DNA of 63,918 nucleotides, filler included, from Myxococcota bacterium (lineage in GTDB: Bacteria > Myxococcota > Myxococcia > Myxococcales > Myxococcaceae), in NCBI GenBank assembly GCA_049322255.1. It is 3 parts of 3 records of this genome, joined end to end, with 100 filler letters (N's around TTAATTAATTAA, not from the genome) between each part and the next. Parts side by side here need not be neighbours in the genome. Positions count along the whole stretch, not along the records: positions 1 to 21,821 come from JBMORE010000073.1; positions 21,922 to 43,195 come from JBMORE010000074.1; 1 more part is not named here. The stretch is one strand, 5' to 3'. Below the pieces are notes generated by a model. The model was given only the letters and a program-made list of their open reading frames with translations. It had not been told where the DNA came from and searched no databases. The position numbers were made by a program, and so were the translations under genes. This document shows, piece after piece, positions 17,199 to 26,200 of the stretch (the first letter of the stretch is position 1; every line of letters starts with the position of its first letter).

Positions 17199-19997
17199 TT
17201 ACCCGGCGACCAGGCCGGGGAACAGCTCCGCTTGCGCCGGTGCCCGCGCGCGGGAGGGCGTCTTCACCGCTCCCATCTTCTGCAGCTCTTCGCGAATGCG
17301 AAGACGCGCCTGGGCCCAGGCAAGCGCCTCCACCCGGTAGCCCTCGAGCGCGTCGAAAACCTTTTGGCGGTACGCCTCGCTCCCCGGGTCGGCGATGATG
17401 ACCACCCCGCGGTCGTTCGCCGAGCGCAGGAGTCGGCCGACTCCCTGGCGCAAGAGCAAAAGCGCGCGCGGCAGCCGGTAACGCGCAAAGCCCGAGGTGG
17501 CCGCCTCGGCCAGGCGTTCTTCACGGGCGGCGACGAGCGGGCGGGCCTTGGGCTCGATGGGCAGCTTGTCGATGAAGACGCAAGTGACTCCCGGCCCGGG
17601 AATGTCCACGCCCTGCCAGAAGCTCTTGGTGCCCAGGAGCACCGAACCAAAGTCTTGCTCCTGGCGCTGGGCGAGAGAGCGCGCGTTGCCGTGAAACTGC
17701 CGCAAGACCTCGATGCCCAAAGGCTCGAGCACCGACTGCACCCGCTGGGCGACCGCATCGAGCCGGCGCGCGGAAGCAAACAGCCCCAAGAGCCGGCCAC
17801 CCATGAACGCGGCCAGCCCAGAGATGCGGGCCGCTGCCCACTCGGCAAAGCCGTCGTCGTTGGGGTCGGGGGCGTCGGTGACCAGCACCACCAGCGCTCC
17901 TTTCTCCACGTCGAAGGGGGAGAGCGCCTTCACCAAGCGCGCCCGACCCAAGCCCACGCGCGCGAGGGCGAACGGGCGCTCCCCACCGGTCGACAGCGTC
18001 GCCGACGTCAGCACCAACGAACGCTTGCCGGCGGTGAAGCCCTCTTGGAGTAACCCGGCGACCTCGATCGGCTGCGCGACGAGGGCGAAGCCTCCATCGC
18101 GCCAGCCTACCTGGTAGCAGCGCGCTGGGTGGGGACGCTCGGTGAGCTCCTCCACGAAGGTGGCGTGTTCCTCCAAGGCGGCCAGTGCGCTGGCCACCTC
18201 GCGCTCCTGGTGGGACTGCGAGGGAAGGGTGGGTGAAAGCTCCTTCAGCGCCGAGCCGAGGGCACGCAGCGCTGAACGCAGAAAGAGAAGCTCGCGCCGC
18301 AGAGGCTCGAACGTCGGCGAAGCATCGAGCCGGCGCTCACCCCCATAGGGCCCCGGTGGAAAGACCTCGCCCACCGCCAAAGTCAGGCGTTCCCTGGACT
18401 CGACCAAGGCCCGCGAAGCAGCGGCCAGCGGTGTCTCTTTCGCCAGGCGTAGGCGGAGCAGGCGCGCTTCCAGCTGAGCGAGCAGCTCCTCGGTCAGCTC
18501 GGCCGAGTAAGCCGAGGTGGCGGTGTCTTCCAGCTCGTGCGCCTCGTCGACGACGATGTGCCGCACCTCGGGGTAGCGCTCCGGCCAGGCGAGGGCGAGT
18601 GACTGGTTCACCACCAGGAGGTCGGCTGCCTTCGCCTGCGCCACCGCCGAGTGGTAGTAGCAGCGCTGGTAGTGCGGACAGCGTGGGCCCAAGGTCGCCG
18701 CGGCCTCCGAGCGTGTCGCCGCCGCCAACCTTGCCAACCCGGGGTAGCGCCCGCGGAACCAGTAGCTTAAGCGGTCTAAGTCTCCGTCGGCGCTGCGGCG
18801 TAAGAAGGCGCGCAGGTAGGCGCGGGGAGCGCGCTCCTCGTGCGGCAGCTCTTTGGCGCCCTGCGTGGAGGTCAGCTCCAGCGCCCGGCGTCGGCACAGG
18901 TAGTTGTTTTGGCCTTTGAGCACCGCGTAGCCGAACGCCCCCGCAGTCGCCTGGTGTAGCTTGGGCAAGTCCTTCTCCACCAGCTGGTCTTGCAGCGTCC
19001 GAGTGTGCGGGGCGACCGCGACCTTGATTCCGTTGCGCGCGGCGAAGAGCGCGGCGGGAGCGAGGTACGCCAAAGACTTCCCGGTGCCGGTTCCCGCCTC
19101 CACCGCCAGCGTCTCGCCTCGGTTGAAGGCCTGCGCCACTTCCCGAGCCATCGAGAGCTGTTCGGGTCTGGGAGTGAACCCCGCCGAGGTCCGCTCCAGC
19201 GCACCGCCAGCTCCGAGGAGGGACTCGAGCTCGGCGTCGAACACCGGGCGCACCCCTTCGGAGAGCGGAGTTGCTGCGGGCGAGAGCCGCTCGCGCTCGG
19301 GCCGCGCGGGGAGAAAGGGCGTCGAGGGGGTCAAGGTGAGGGTGGAGGGGGCCTGAACGCACAAGGCGTGCAAACCGCGCAAGAGCTCGACCAGCGCAGC
19401 TTCCCTTTGTGCACCGAGCAGAGGTTGGCTGGGAGCTGGGTCGAGCACCGCGAGCAAGTCGCGCAGGTCATCGGCGCGCGCCTCGCTGACGCACTTGTCG
19501 AGCGCGAAACGCAGGACCGCGAAGGTGTCTTCGCAGTCTTGGAGGGCGCGGTGTGCCGCCGCTTCGCCCACGTTGGCCCAGCGGACGGCCGCCTCGAGCG
19601 AGTGGCTGTCGAGCTCGGGGTAGAGGTAGTGGAGCAGCTCGCACGAGTCGAGCACCGGCGCGCGAAGGGGGACGAGCACCTCAGCGAGAAAACTTTCCTC
19701 GAAGGCGGCGTTGTGGGCCACCACCGTCCATCCACGTAAGGCCGCTTGCAGCTCCTGTCGGAACGAGGCGAAGGCAGGAGCCTCGCGCAAATCCTCGTCG
19801 CGAATTCCGGTGAGGCGGCGAATCGCCAAGGGCAAGGGCCGCGACGCGCGAAACAGCTTGGACAGCCGCCCGGTCACTTCGCCGCGCTCGACGAAGAGCA
19901 CGCCGAGCTCAATCACCTCGTCGCGGGAGGGGTCGAGCCCGGTCGTCTCCAAATCGACGAAGGCATGGTGCGTCCACAGCGAGGCGGCGCCGGACAT
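17199..19997 (-). CDS. dinG: DEDD 3'-5' exonuclease fused to DinG/YoaA-family ATP-dependent helicase
   Basis: FVDLETTG, HNAAFE, HRALQDC; EAGTGTGKS, DEAH, NYLC/CPHYQRC, FWQGVDIPG, QGVGRLLR. Confidence 0.92.
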   Translation of the reverse strand: MSGAASLWTHHAFVDLETTGLDPSRDEVIELGVLFVERGEVTGRLSKLFRASRPLPLAIRRLTGIRDEDLREAPAFASFRQELQAALRGWTVVAHNAAFEESFLAEVLVPLRAPVLDSCELLHYLYPELDSHSLEAAVRWANVGEAAAHRALQDCEDTFAVLRFALDKCVSEARADDLRDLLAVLDPAPSQPLLGAQREAALVELLRGLHALCVQAPSTLTLTPSTPFLPARPERERLSPAATPLSEGVRPVFDAELESLLGAGGALERTSAGFTPRPEQLSMAREVAQAFNRGETLAVEAGTGTGKSLAYLAPAALFAARNGIKVAVAPHTRTLQDQLVEKDLPKLHQATAGAFGYAVLKGQNNYLCRRRALELTSTQGAKELPHEERAPRAYLRAFLRRSADGDLDRLSYWFRGRYPGLARLAAATRSEAAATLGPRCPHYQRCYYHSAVAQAKAADLLVVNQSLALAWPERYPEVRHIVVDEAHELEDTATSAYSAELTEELLAQLEARLLRLRLAKETPLAAASRALVESRERLTLAVGEVFPPGPYGGERRLDASPTFEPLRRELLFLRSALRALGSALKELSPTLPSQSHQEREVASALAALEEHATFVEELTERPHPARCYQVGWRDGGFALVAQPIEVAGLLQEGFTAGKRSLVLTSATLSTGGERPFALARVGLGRARLVKALSPFDVEKGALVVLVTDAPDPNDDGFAEWAAARISGLAAFMGGRLLGLFASARRLDAVAQRVQSVLEPLGIEVLRQFHGNARSLAQRQEQDFGSVLLGTKSFWQGVDIPGPGVTCVFIDKLPIEPKARPLVAAREERLAEAATSGFARYRLPRALLLLRQGVGRLLRSANDRGVVIIADPGSEAYRQKVFDALEGYRVEALAWAQARLRIREELQKMGAVKTPSRARAPAQAELFPGLVAG

Positions 19998-20837
19998 CAA
20001 GTAGACCTCGACCGGTACATAGACCGGCCGAGGCCCCTCACAGAACCGGACGTGCGGGTTTCCCGCATCCGGCTCTTCGGTTGGTGGTTTCGTTCGGAAT
20101 GATGCTCCGAGGTGAGGTTGTTCAGCTTGTCGCCGCGTGGCGGCTCAGGGAGCGGGTTGAAGCGCAGCTTGCGCTGGAACTTCTCCCAGTCGAAGGAGTG
20201 CTTCTGGCTCCGTCGGTTGAGCCACTTGAAGAGGTGCCCGATGCAGACGAAGCGGTAGTGCGACAGCTTCGCTTCGTTGAAGCACACGCCGAAGTAGTTG
20301 AAGTGGCCGTTGAGCCGTGCACGTGCATCAGCCCAGAGCTGCCTCAGCGGCTTCTTGTTGCGCGTCGCCTTCACCCATTCGAGGAAGGCCTGCATGCTGC
20401 GGTGGAGTCTCTTCGCGGTTGTCTTGAGTTTCAGCAACCGGCCGCCCTGCTTGTCCCTGCCCCAGAAGAAGTCGAACCCGAGGAACGAGACGACCCCTTT
20501 AGGGGCTTTAGCCGAGAAGGACACGATGGTGCTCTTCGCGATGTTCAGCGAGAGCCCGGCCTCTTGCAGGCGGAGTTGCAGCGCCGCCTGCAAGGACCGA
20601 GCGGTTTCTTCATCGGTGAAGACGAAGACGGCGTCATCGGCGTAGCGGACGAACTCTCCTTTTCCGGCGTATTCCGCGTCGAACCAGCCGTCGAGGAGGT
20701 GATGCAGGCAGACGCCACCTCGCGATGGCGCTGCACGCAAGACTCGGTACCAGCAATGCGTCTTTTGCTGGGCGGGCCTGCTCGCCTGCCTCCCGGCAGT
20801 CGCTTTCCCGCTGGTCAGCGGCAACTTCGTGACGCAC
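19996..20837 (-). mobile_element. Group II intron, internally deleted (842 nt), inserted inside the dinG start codon
   Basis: 5' end GTGCG at 20837. Domain V GAGCCGGATGCGGGAAACCCGCACGTCCGGTTC (20075-20043). Domain VI hairpin with bulged A and terminal AT at 19997-19996. RT/maturase remnant inside. Confidence 0.9.
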
Positions 20838-20839
20838 AT
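19997..20839 (-). CDS. Truncated group II intron RT/maturase (end of RT4, YADD, RT6-7, domain X), open from the host ATG
   Basis: LHHLLDGWF, FVRYADDAVF, LSLNIAKS, FLGFDF, LNGHFNYFG, KWLNRRSQK. RT0-RT3 are missing. Confidence 0.8.
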   Translation of the reverse strand: MCVTKLPLTSGKATAGRQASRPAQQKTHCWYRVLRAAPSRGGVCLHHLLDGWFDAEYAGKGEFVRYADDAVFVFTDEETARSLQAALQLRLQEAGLSLNIAKSTIVSFSAKAPKGVVSFLGFDFFWGRDKQGGRLLKLKTTAKRLHRSMQAFLEWVKATRNKKPLRQLWADARARLNGHFNYFGVCFNEAKLSHYRFVCIGHLFKWLNRRSQKHSFDWEKFQRKLRFNPLPEPPRGDKLNNLTSEHHSERNHQPKSRMRETRTSGSVRGLGRSMYRSRST

Positions 20840-20845
20840 GATGCC

Positions 20846-20873
20846 AACCTAGCGGATAGGTCCGACACTTGAA
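20846..20873 (-). promoter_or_regulatory. Putative leaderless promoter of dinG/intron
   Basis: Minus strand TTCAAG-N16-TAGGTT-N6-ATG(20839); no Shine-Dalgarno. Confidence 0.5.
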
Positions 20874-20917
20874 GACTCCGCGCCACAAGGGAAACGCATC
20901 TGCATCTCCCGGGCTTC

Positions 20918-21072
20918 GTGGCTTTGCTGAAGCTCAGCGCTCTCTCGTCGCGCGCTCCCGCCAGCCGGCACTGCCCGGCGTCCCTTTTGAGGGTTCTTGT
21001 TCTTAACGCTGAATCATAAGCAAAAAGAACCTGCAAAAAGAACCCTGTCATTATACATCTTCAGCAAGCCAC
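20918..21072. repeat. MITE-like element / nested inverted repeats
   Basis: GTGGCTTTGCTGAAG (20918-20932) versus CTTCAGCAAGCCAC (21059-21072); AT-rich interior with GCAAAAAGAACC twice. Confidence 0.4.
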
Positions 21073-21642
21073 CCCCTCAAAAAGCTCCCGTTGGCCTCCC
21101 CGTTAGGGCTCGCCACAGCAGCGTCATCAGGGCTCTCCGCTCGAACCCATCCTGCATGCATCGGTCCCCCAAGGAGCGCCGTTGCCCACCCGCGGGAGCT
21201 GAGCTAGCACGCCTTCGATGGCCGACCGACCTCTTCCGGTAGGCGATGACGGCGCTACCGGCCTATTTCCGTCCAGTGCCATGGCTTTCAACTGCCCAAG
21301 CGCCGTCTTCTTGTTGTGCGAGCGTGAGCAGTCCATTTCGAGGTTCGGCTCCGTCTGGACGACATTCAAGCCTGTAGGTCATTTTGGTTTTGGAGGTAGC
21401 GAACTTCATCTCCTCGCGTAATTGGCATGATCCTGTCGCAAGTTCTGCCAAGAACCTGTTGAACGTGGCTCTTGAGCTCAAGAGCTCCGAAGTCCCTATC
21501 TCCAACGGTTACGGCGTCAAGGTACGCTGCCGCAGTTCGAGCGGGGTCTGCCCTGGTAGCGCGGACGTCGGCATCGAACTGCCTATCTTTTTTCGGCGCC
21601 GCGCGAGGGGCGCACTGATGGGCGAACAAGGAGATCGGCACG

Positions 21643-21705
21643 ATGCGAATCGGAATCATCGGGAGCGGGGATGTGGCCAAAGCCCTGGGGACGGGCGGCT
21701 CATGA
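21643..21705 (+). pseudogene. N-terminal fragment of an NAD(P)-binding oxidoreductase (F420-reductase-like)
   Basis: AGGAG RBS, then MRIGIIGSGDVAKALGTG Rossmann motif, then an immediate stop. Confidence 0.6.
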
Positions 21706-21821
21706 TCCCGCACAAGTAGACAGGGGTTTGTTGGGTCTGATCTAAGCCAGGCATGGGGCAGAAATCGCTCAGGCGTCAGAGGGTGGTCAGGGAGTTCGAA
21801 GGGGTCGTTCTTGGTGACCTG

Positions 21822-21921
21822 NNNNNNNNNNNNNNNNNNNNNNNNNNNNNNNNNNNNNNNNNNNNTTAATTAATTAANNNNNNNNNNNNNNNNNNNNNNN
21901 NNNNNNNNNNNNNNNNNNNNN
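21822..21921. other. Artificial contig linker
   Basis: N44-TTAATTAATTAA-N44, a six-frame stop spacer. Confidence 0.98.
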
Positions 21922-23184
21922 GACCCCAAGGTGGTCGAAGTCCGTCTTTCCGCCCAGAAGGCGAAAGTGACGCTGGAGGCCGGGCGCGAGGTGGAGATGT
22001 ACACCTACAACGGCGTCTTCCCTGGCCCGCTCTTGCAGGCGCGCGCAGGTGACCGAGTGGTGGTGCACTTCACCAACCAGCTTCCCGAGTCGACCACCAT
22101 TCACTGGCACGGCTTGCGCATCTCCGACCAGATGGACGGCAGCCCACGCATTCAGGCTCCCGTGCCCGCCGGCGGCACGTTCACCTACGACTTCGTGGCG
22201 CCGGAGGAGGGCTCCTTCTGGTACCACCCGCACATCCGCGCCAACGAGCAGGTGGAGAAGGGGCTCTACGGGCCCATCGTCATTCGTTCCGAAGACGAGC
22301 CTCGGTATGACGCCGAGCGGTTTCTCCTCCTCGACGACATTTACCTCCAGGGCAGCACCCTCGCCCCGTTCCTCGAGGACGGCATGGAGGCGATGCATGG
22401 GCGCTACGGCAACATCCTTTTGACCAACGGTGTGCCTTTCGGCGAAGGGCTCTCCGCGGTGGTGGAGCGCGGGCGCATGGAGCGCTGGCGAATCGTCAAT
22501 ACCGCCAACGCCCGGACGATGGAGCTGACGCTGAAGAACGCGGCCTTCCGCGTCATCGGTACCGATGGAGGCCTGCTCCCCGCCCCGTACACCACCTCAC
22601 GGCTCGAGCTGTCCGTGGGTCAGCGGTACGAGCTGGAGGTCACCTTCGAGAACCCCGGCAGCGTCGAGCTGCAGATGTTGGTGGCGACGAGCAATGGCTC
22701 GGGTCAGGTGGTGGAGACGCCGTACACCGTGTTTGCGCTGGACGTCGCGGTGAGCGGCGTCTCTCCCCGCGCGGTGAGCTGGCCGTTGCGCACCTTGCCG
22801 CAGCGGGTGGTGGACGAGACAGTCACCGTGGAGCTCGACGGAGTGAACGACCCGGTGCACGGCTTGAGGTGGCAAATCAACGGCCAGTCCCACCCCACCG
22901 CGCCGCTCTTCACCTTCAAGAAGGGCAGGACGGTGCGCATGCGCCTGGTGAACCTCGCCGGGCCCGAACACCCCTTCCACCTGCACGGGCAGTTCTTCCA
23001 AGTGGTGTCCGATTCGAGCCGCTTCTCCGTCCCCCCGGGGCTCAAGGACACCGTGCTCGTTCCCGGGCTGAGCACGGTGGAAATCGAGGCGTACATGGAC
23101 AACCCTGGCCGGTGGATGGCGCACTGCCACATCCTCGAGCACGCCGAGCTGGGGATGATGGCCGAGCTCGTCGTCGAGCCGTAG
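21922..23184 (+). CDS. Multicopper oxidase (5'-partial)
   Basis: IHWHG, WYHPH, HPFHLHG, HCHILEHAELGMM copper motifs. Confidence 0.95.
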   Translation, partial: DPKVVEVRLSAQKAKVTLEAGREVEMYTYNGVFPGPLLQARAGDRVVVHFTNQLPESTTIHWHGLRISDQMDGSPRIQAPVPAGGTFTYDFVAPEEGSFWYHPHIRANEQVEKGLYGPIVIRSEDEPRYDAERFLLLDDIYLQGSTLAPFLEDGMEAMHGRYGNILLTNGVPFGEGLSAVVERGRMERWRIVNTANARTMELTLKNAAFRVIGTDGGLLPAPYTTSRLELSVGQRYELEVTFENPGSVELQMLVATSNGSGQVVETPYTVFALDVAVSGVSPRAVSWPLRTLPQRVVDETVTVELDGVNDPVHGLRWQINGQSHPTAPLFTFKKGRTVRMRLVNLAGPEHPFHLHGQFFQVVSDSSRFSVPPGLKDTVLVPGLSTVEIEAYMDNPGRWMAHCHILEHAELGMMAELVVEP

Positions 23185-23282
23185 GGCGCCTCTCCCTGCG
23201 CTGGGCGAGGGGACGCGGAACGTGTCATATAGGTGCACGCCGCCGTCGCGGCCGGGCCGCTTTCCTTCAGGAAACTTCTCCC

Positions 23283-26200
23283 ATGTCCCACCGCCTCCGT
23301 GTCTTTACCGCAGCCGCGTTCGCAGCGACGCTCGCGGCGTCCTGCTCTCCTCCACGCACCGCTTGCGGCAATGGCAAGCTGGAGGGCTCCGAGCAATGCG
23401 ACGACGGCAACGCCACCGACGGCGACGGCTGTGAGAGCGACTGCACGCCCACCCCAGACGCTTCCGTCTGCGGCAATGCCGTCCAAGAGGGCTCCGAGCA
23501 ATGCGACGACGGCAACGCCACCGGCGGTGACGGCTGCGAAAAGGACTGTACCCTCTCCGTTGGTCCGCGCTGTGGCAACGGCGCTCCCGAGGGTTCCGAG
23601 CAGTGCGACGACGGCAACGCCACTCCCGGCGATGGATGCGAGAACGACTGTACTTTCACCGCCGGCTCGGTGCGCACCTGCCCAGGCGCCAGCCTGCCGC
23701 CACCGGCCGTGGGGACGTGCGAAGTCACCTCCGGCGATGCCAACCGGCTCTTCACCGGTGTGGTGCTCGCCCCCGGTGAGGTGCTGCTCGGCGGGCAGGT
23801 GCTCTTCGATGCCACCGGCGCCCTCGTGTGCGTCGACTGCGATTGCTCCACCGCGGCCGGTGCCGCCACCGCCACCCGCGTCACCTGTCCCAAGGGAGTC
23901 ATCTCCCCCGGCCTCATCAACTCGCACGACCACATCACCTTCCAGGCAGCCCCGTATGTCTCCACCTCGCAGGAGCGCTACGAGCACCGCCACGACTGGC
24001 GCGTGGGGCGTGACGGGCACACCCGCATCTCCAGCGGAGGCAGCGCCTCGAACGCGATGATTCGTTGGGCCGAGCTGCGCCAAGTGATGGCGGGCACCAC
24101 CTCGGTCGCCGGCTCGGGAGGCCAGGCGGGGCTTTTGCGCAACCTCGACCGCGCCGCGCTCCTCGAGGGGCTGGGTGGGAGCGCCGCGCGCTACGAGACC
24201 TTCCCCTTGGGCGACAGCAACGGCACCGAGCTCACTTCCAGCTGCGGCTATCCCTCCATCGTTCTGCCGTCGGTCATCCCCGCCACCGCCGCCTTCCTTC
24301 CGCACATCGCCGAAGGCATCGAGGCCTCGGCGCGCAACGAGTTCGGCTGCCTTTCCAGCAATGCCAGCGGTGGGCAGGACCTCATCGGCCCGCGCACCGC
24401 GGTCATCCACGGCATTGGGCTCAAAGCGGTGGACATCGCGCAAATGGCTTCGGAGGGCGCGGGGCTCATCTGGTCTCCGCGCTCCAACGTGATGCTGTAC
24501 GGCGACACGGCGGCGGTGGGAGTCTACCGGCGCCTAGGGGTGCCCGTCGCCTTGGGCACCGACTGGGTGCGCTCGGGGTCGATGAACCTCTTGCGTGAGC
24601 TGCGCTGCGCTGATTCGCTCAACCGCGACTACCTGGGCCGGCCGTTCACCGACGAGCAACTGTGGCGGTTGGTCACCGAGGCGGCGGCCGACGTCACCCA
24701 GACTTCGGACAAGCTGGGCAGGCTGGCAGCGGGCAAGCTGGCCGACCTGGTCATCTTCCGCCAGAAGGAGACGCACACCCACCGGTCGGTGCTCGAGGCC
24801 AACCCGGAAGACGTGGTGCTCACCGTGCGCGGGGGCAAGGTGCTCTACGGCGACCAGCCGCTGGTGGCCGCGCTTTCCACGGACACCTGCGACGCGCTCG
24901 ACGTATGCGGGGTGCAAAAAACGGTCTGCCTGATGAGCGAGACCAACGAGACGCTGGCTGACCTCACCGCCGCCAACGCCGCCACCTATCCGCTCTTCTT
25001 CTGCAACGGGCCCCCGCAGAACGAGCCCTCCTGCGTGCCGGAGCGCGCCGCCTCCAACGTGAAGAATGGCTCCACCACCTACTCCGGAGCCCAGGCCGCG
25101 GGCGACGCCGACGGCGACGGAGTTGCCGACGCGCAGGACAACTGCCCCAACGCCTTCAACCCGGTGCGCCCGATGGACAATGGCGTGCAGGCGGACCAAG
25201 ACGTCGACGGAATGGGCGATGCCTGCGACGTCTGCCCGCTCAACGCGAGCAGCGCCAGCTGCACCCCGGCGGATCCGAACGACGCCGATGGCGACGGCAC
25301 TCCCAACGCCACCGACAACTGTCCCGTCGACCACAACCCCACGCAGGTGGACGCGGACAACGACGGCAAGGGCGATGCCTGCGACGTGTGCCTCGCGCCC
25401 AACCCCGGTGCTGCGCCTTGCCCGGCGACCATCTACCAGTTGAAGTCCGGCACCGCGCTGCTCGGCCAGCGGGTGAGCGTGGGCAACGCGCTGGTGACGG
25501 CGGTCTCTCCCAATGGCTTTTTCCTCCAGGTACACGAGAGTGAGGCCGGCTATGCCGGGCGAGACCACTCGGGCATCTTCGTCTTCCTCCCCGCGCGCAC
25601 GGTGAGCGCTGGCGACCGGGTGAACGTCAGCGCCGCGCTGACCAGCTTCTTCGGCCAGCTGCAGCTATCGAGCGCCACTGTCACCACCGCCTCTACCGGC
25701 AACCCGCTGCCATCACTCACCACGGCGCTGCCCGCGGAAGTGGCCACCGGAGGAACGCGCGCTTCCGCCCTGGAGGCGGTGCTGGTGCAGGTGGCCAACG
25801 TCACCGTCACCAACCTCGCGCCGGCTCCCGGCCCGGGAGATACCGCCCCCACCTACGAATTCGAGGTCACCGGGGGCCTGCGGGTGAACGACTTCCTTTA
25901 CCGAGTCGCTCCCTTCCCGGCGCAGGGCGAGCAGTTCGCCTCCGTCGCCGGGGTCTTGCGCTGGGCGAACGGCCACAGCAAGCTCGAGCCTCGCTCCAGC
26001 GCCGACTTCTCGGGAGGAGCACCGGCCCTGGTAGGTTTTGGCCCGGCGATGAGCTTCATCCGCCAGGGTGCCACCGGGACGACGATTCCTGCTCCGCTCA
26101 CCGTCACTCTCTCCCGCGTCGCGGCGACGGACGTGACGGTACAAGTGAGCTCGGCCAGCACCGACGTCGCCGTGGCCAACGTAGGCGCAGTGACGGTGCC

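Noticed and set aside
19997..20839. RT as retron, DGR or defence RT
   Set aside because: Flanked by canonical domain V/VI and a GTGCG 5' end, with domain X motifs; it is a group II intron.
21090..21150. GTTAGGG as integron attC core
   Set aside because: Does not fit GTTRRRY, no matching RYYYAAC, no integrase or cassette array.
21240..21620. Short overlapping minus-strand ORFs of lower GC
   Set aside because: Possibly a frameshifted foreign gene, but no recognisable family.
21866..21877. TTAATTAATTAA palindrome inside N runs (also 43240-43251)
   Set aside because: Artificial six-frame-stop linker; gene adjacency across it is not evidence.
22869..23282. N-terminal extensions given by the ORF track (also for gshA, Uma2, phoD, vapB and others)
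   Set aside because: They overlap upstream genes; downstream starts give proper signal peptides or family N-termini.
23360..23660. Regularly spaced repeats resembling a CRISPR array (also 42000-42860)
   Set aside because: In-frame protein repeats (Cys-rich, Kelch-like) varying at wobble positions; no cas genes.
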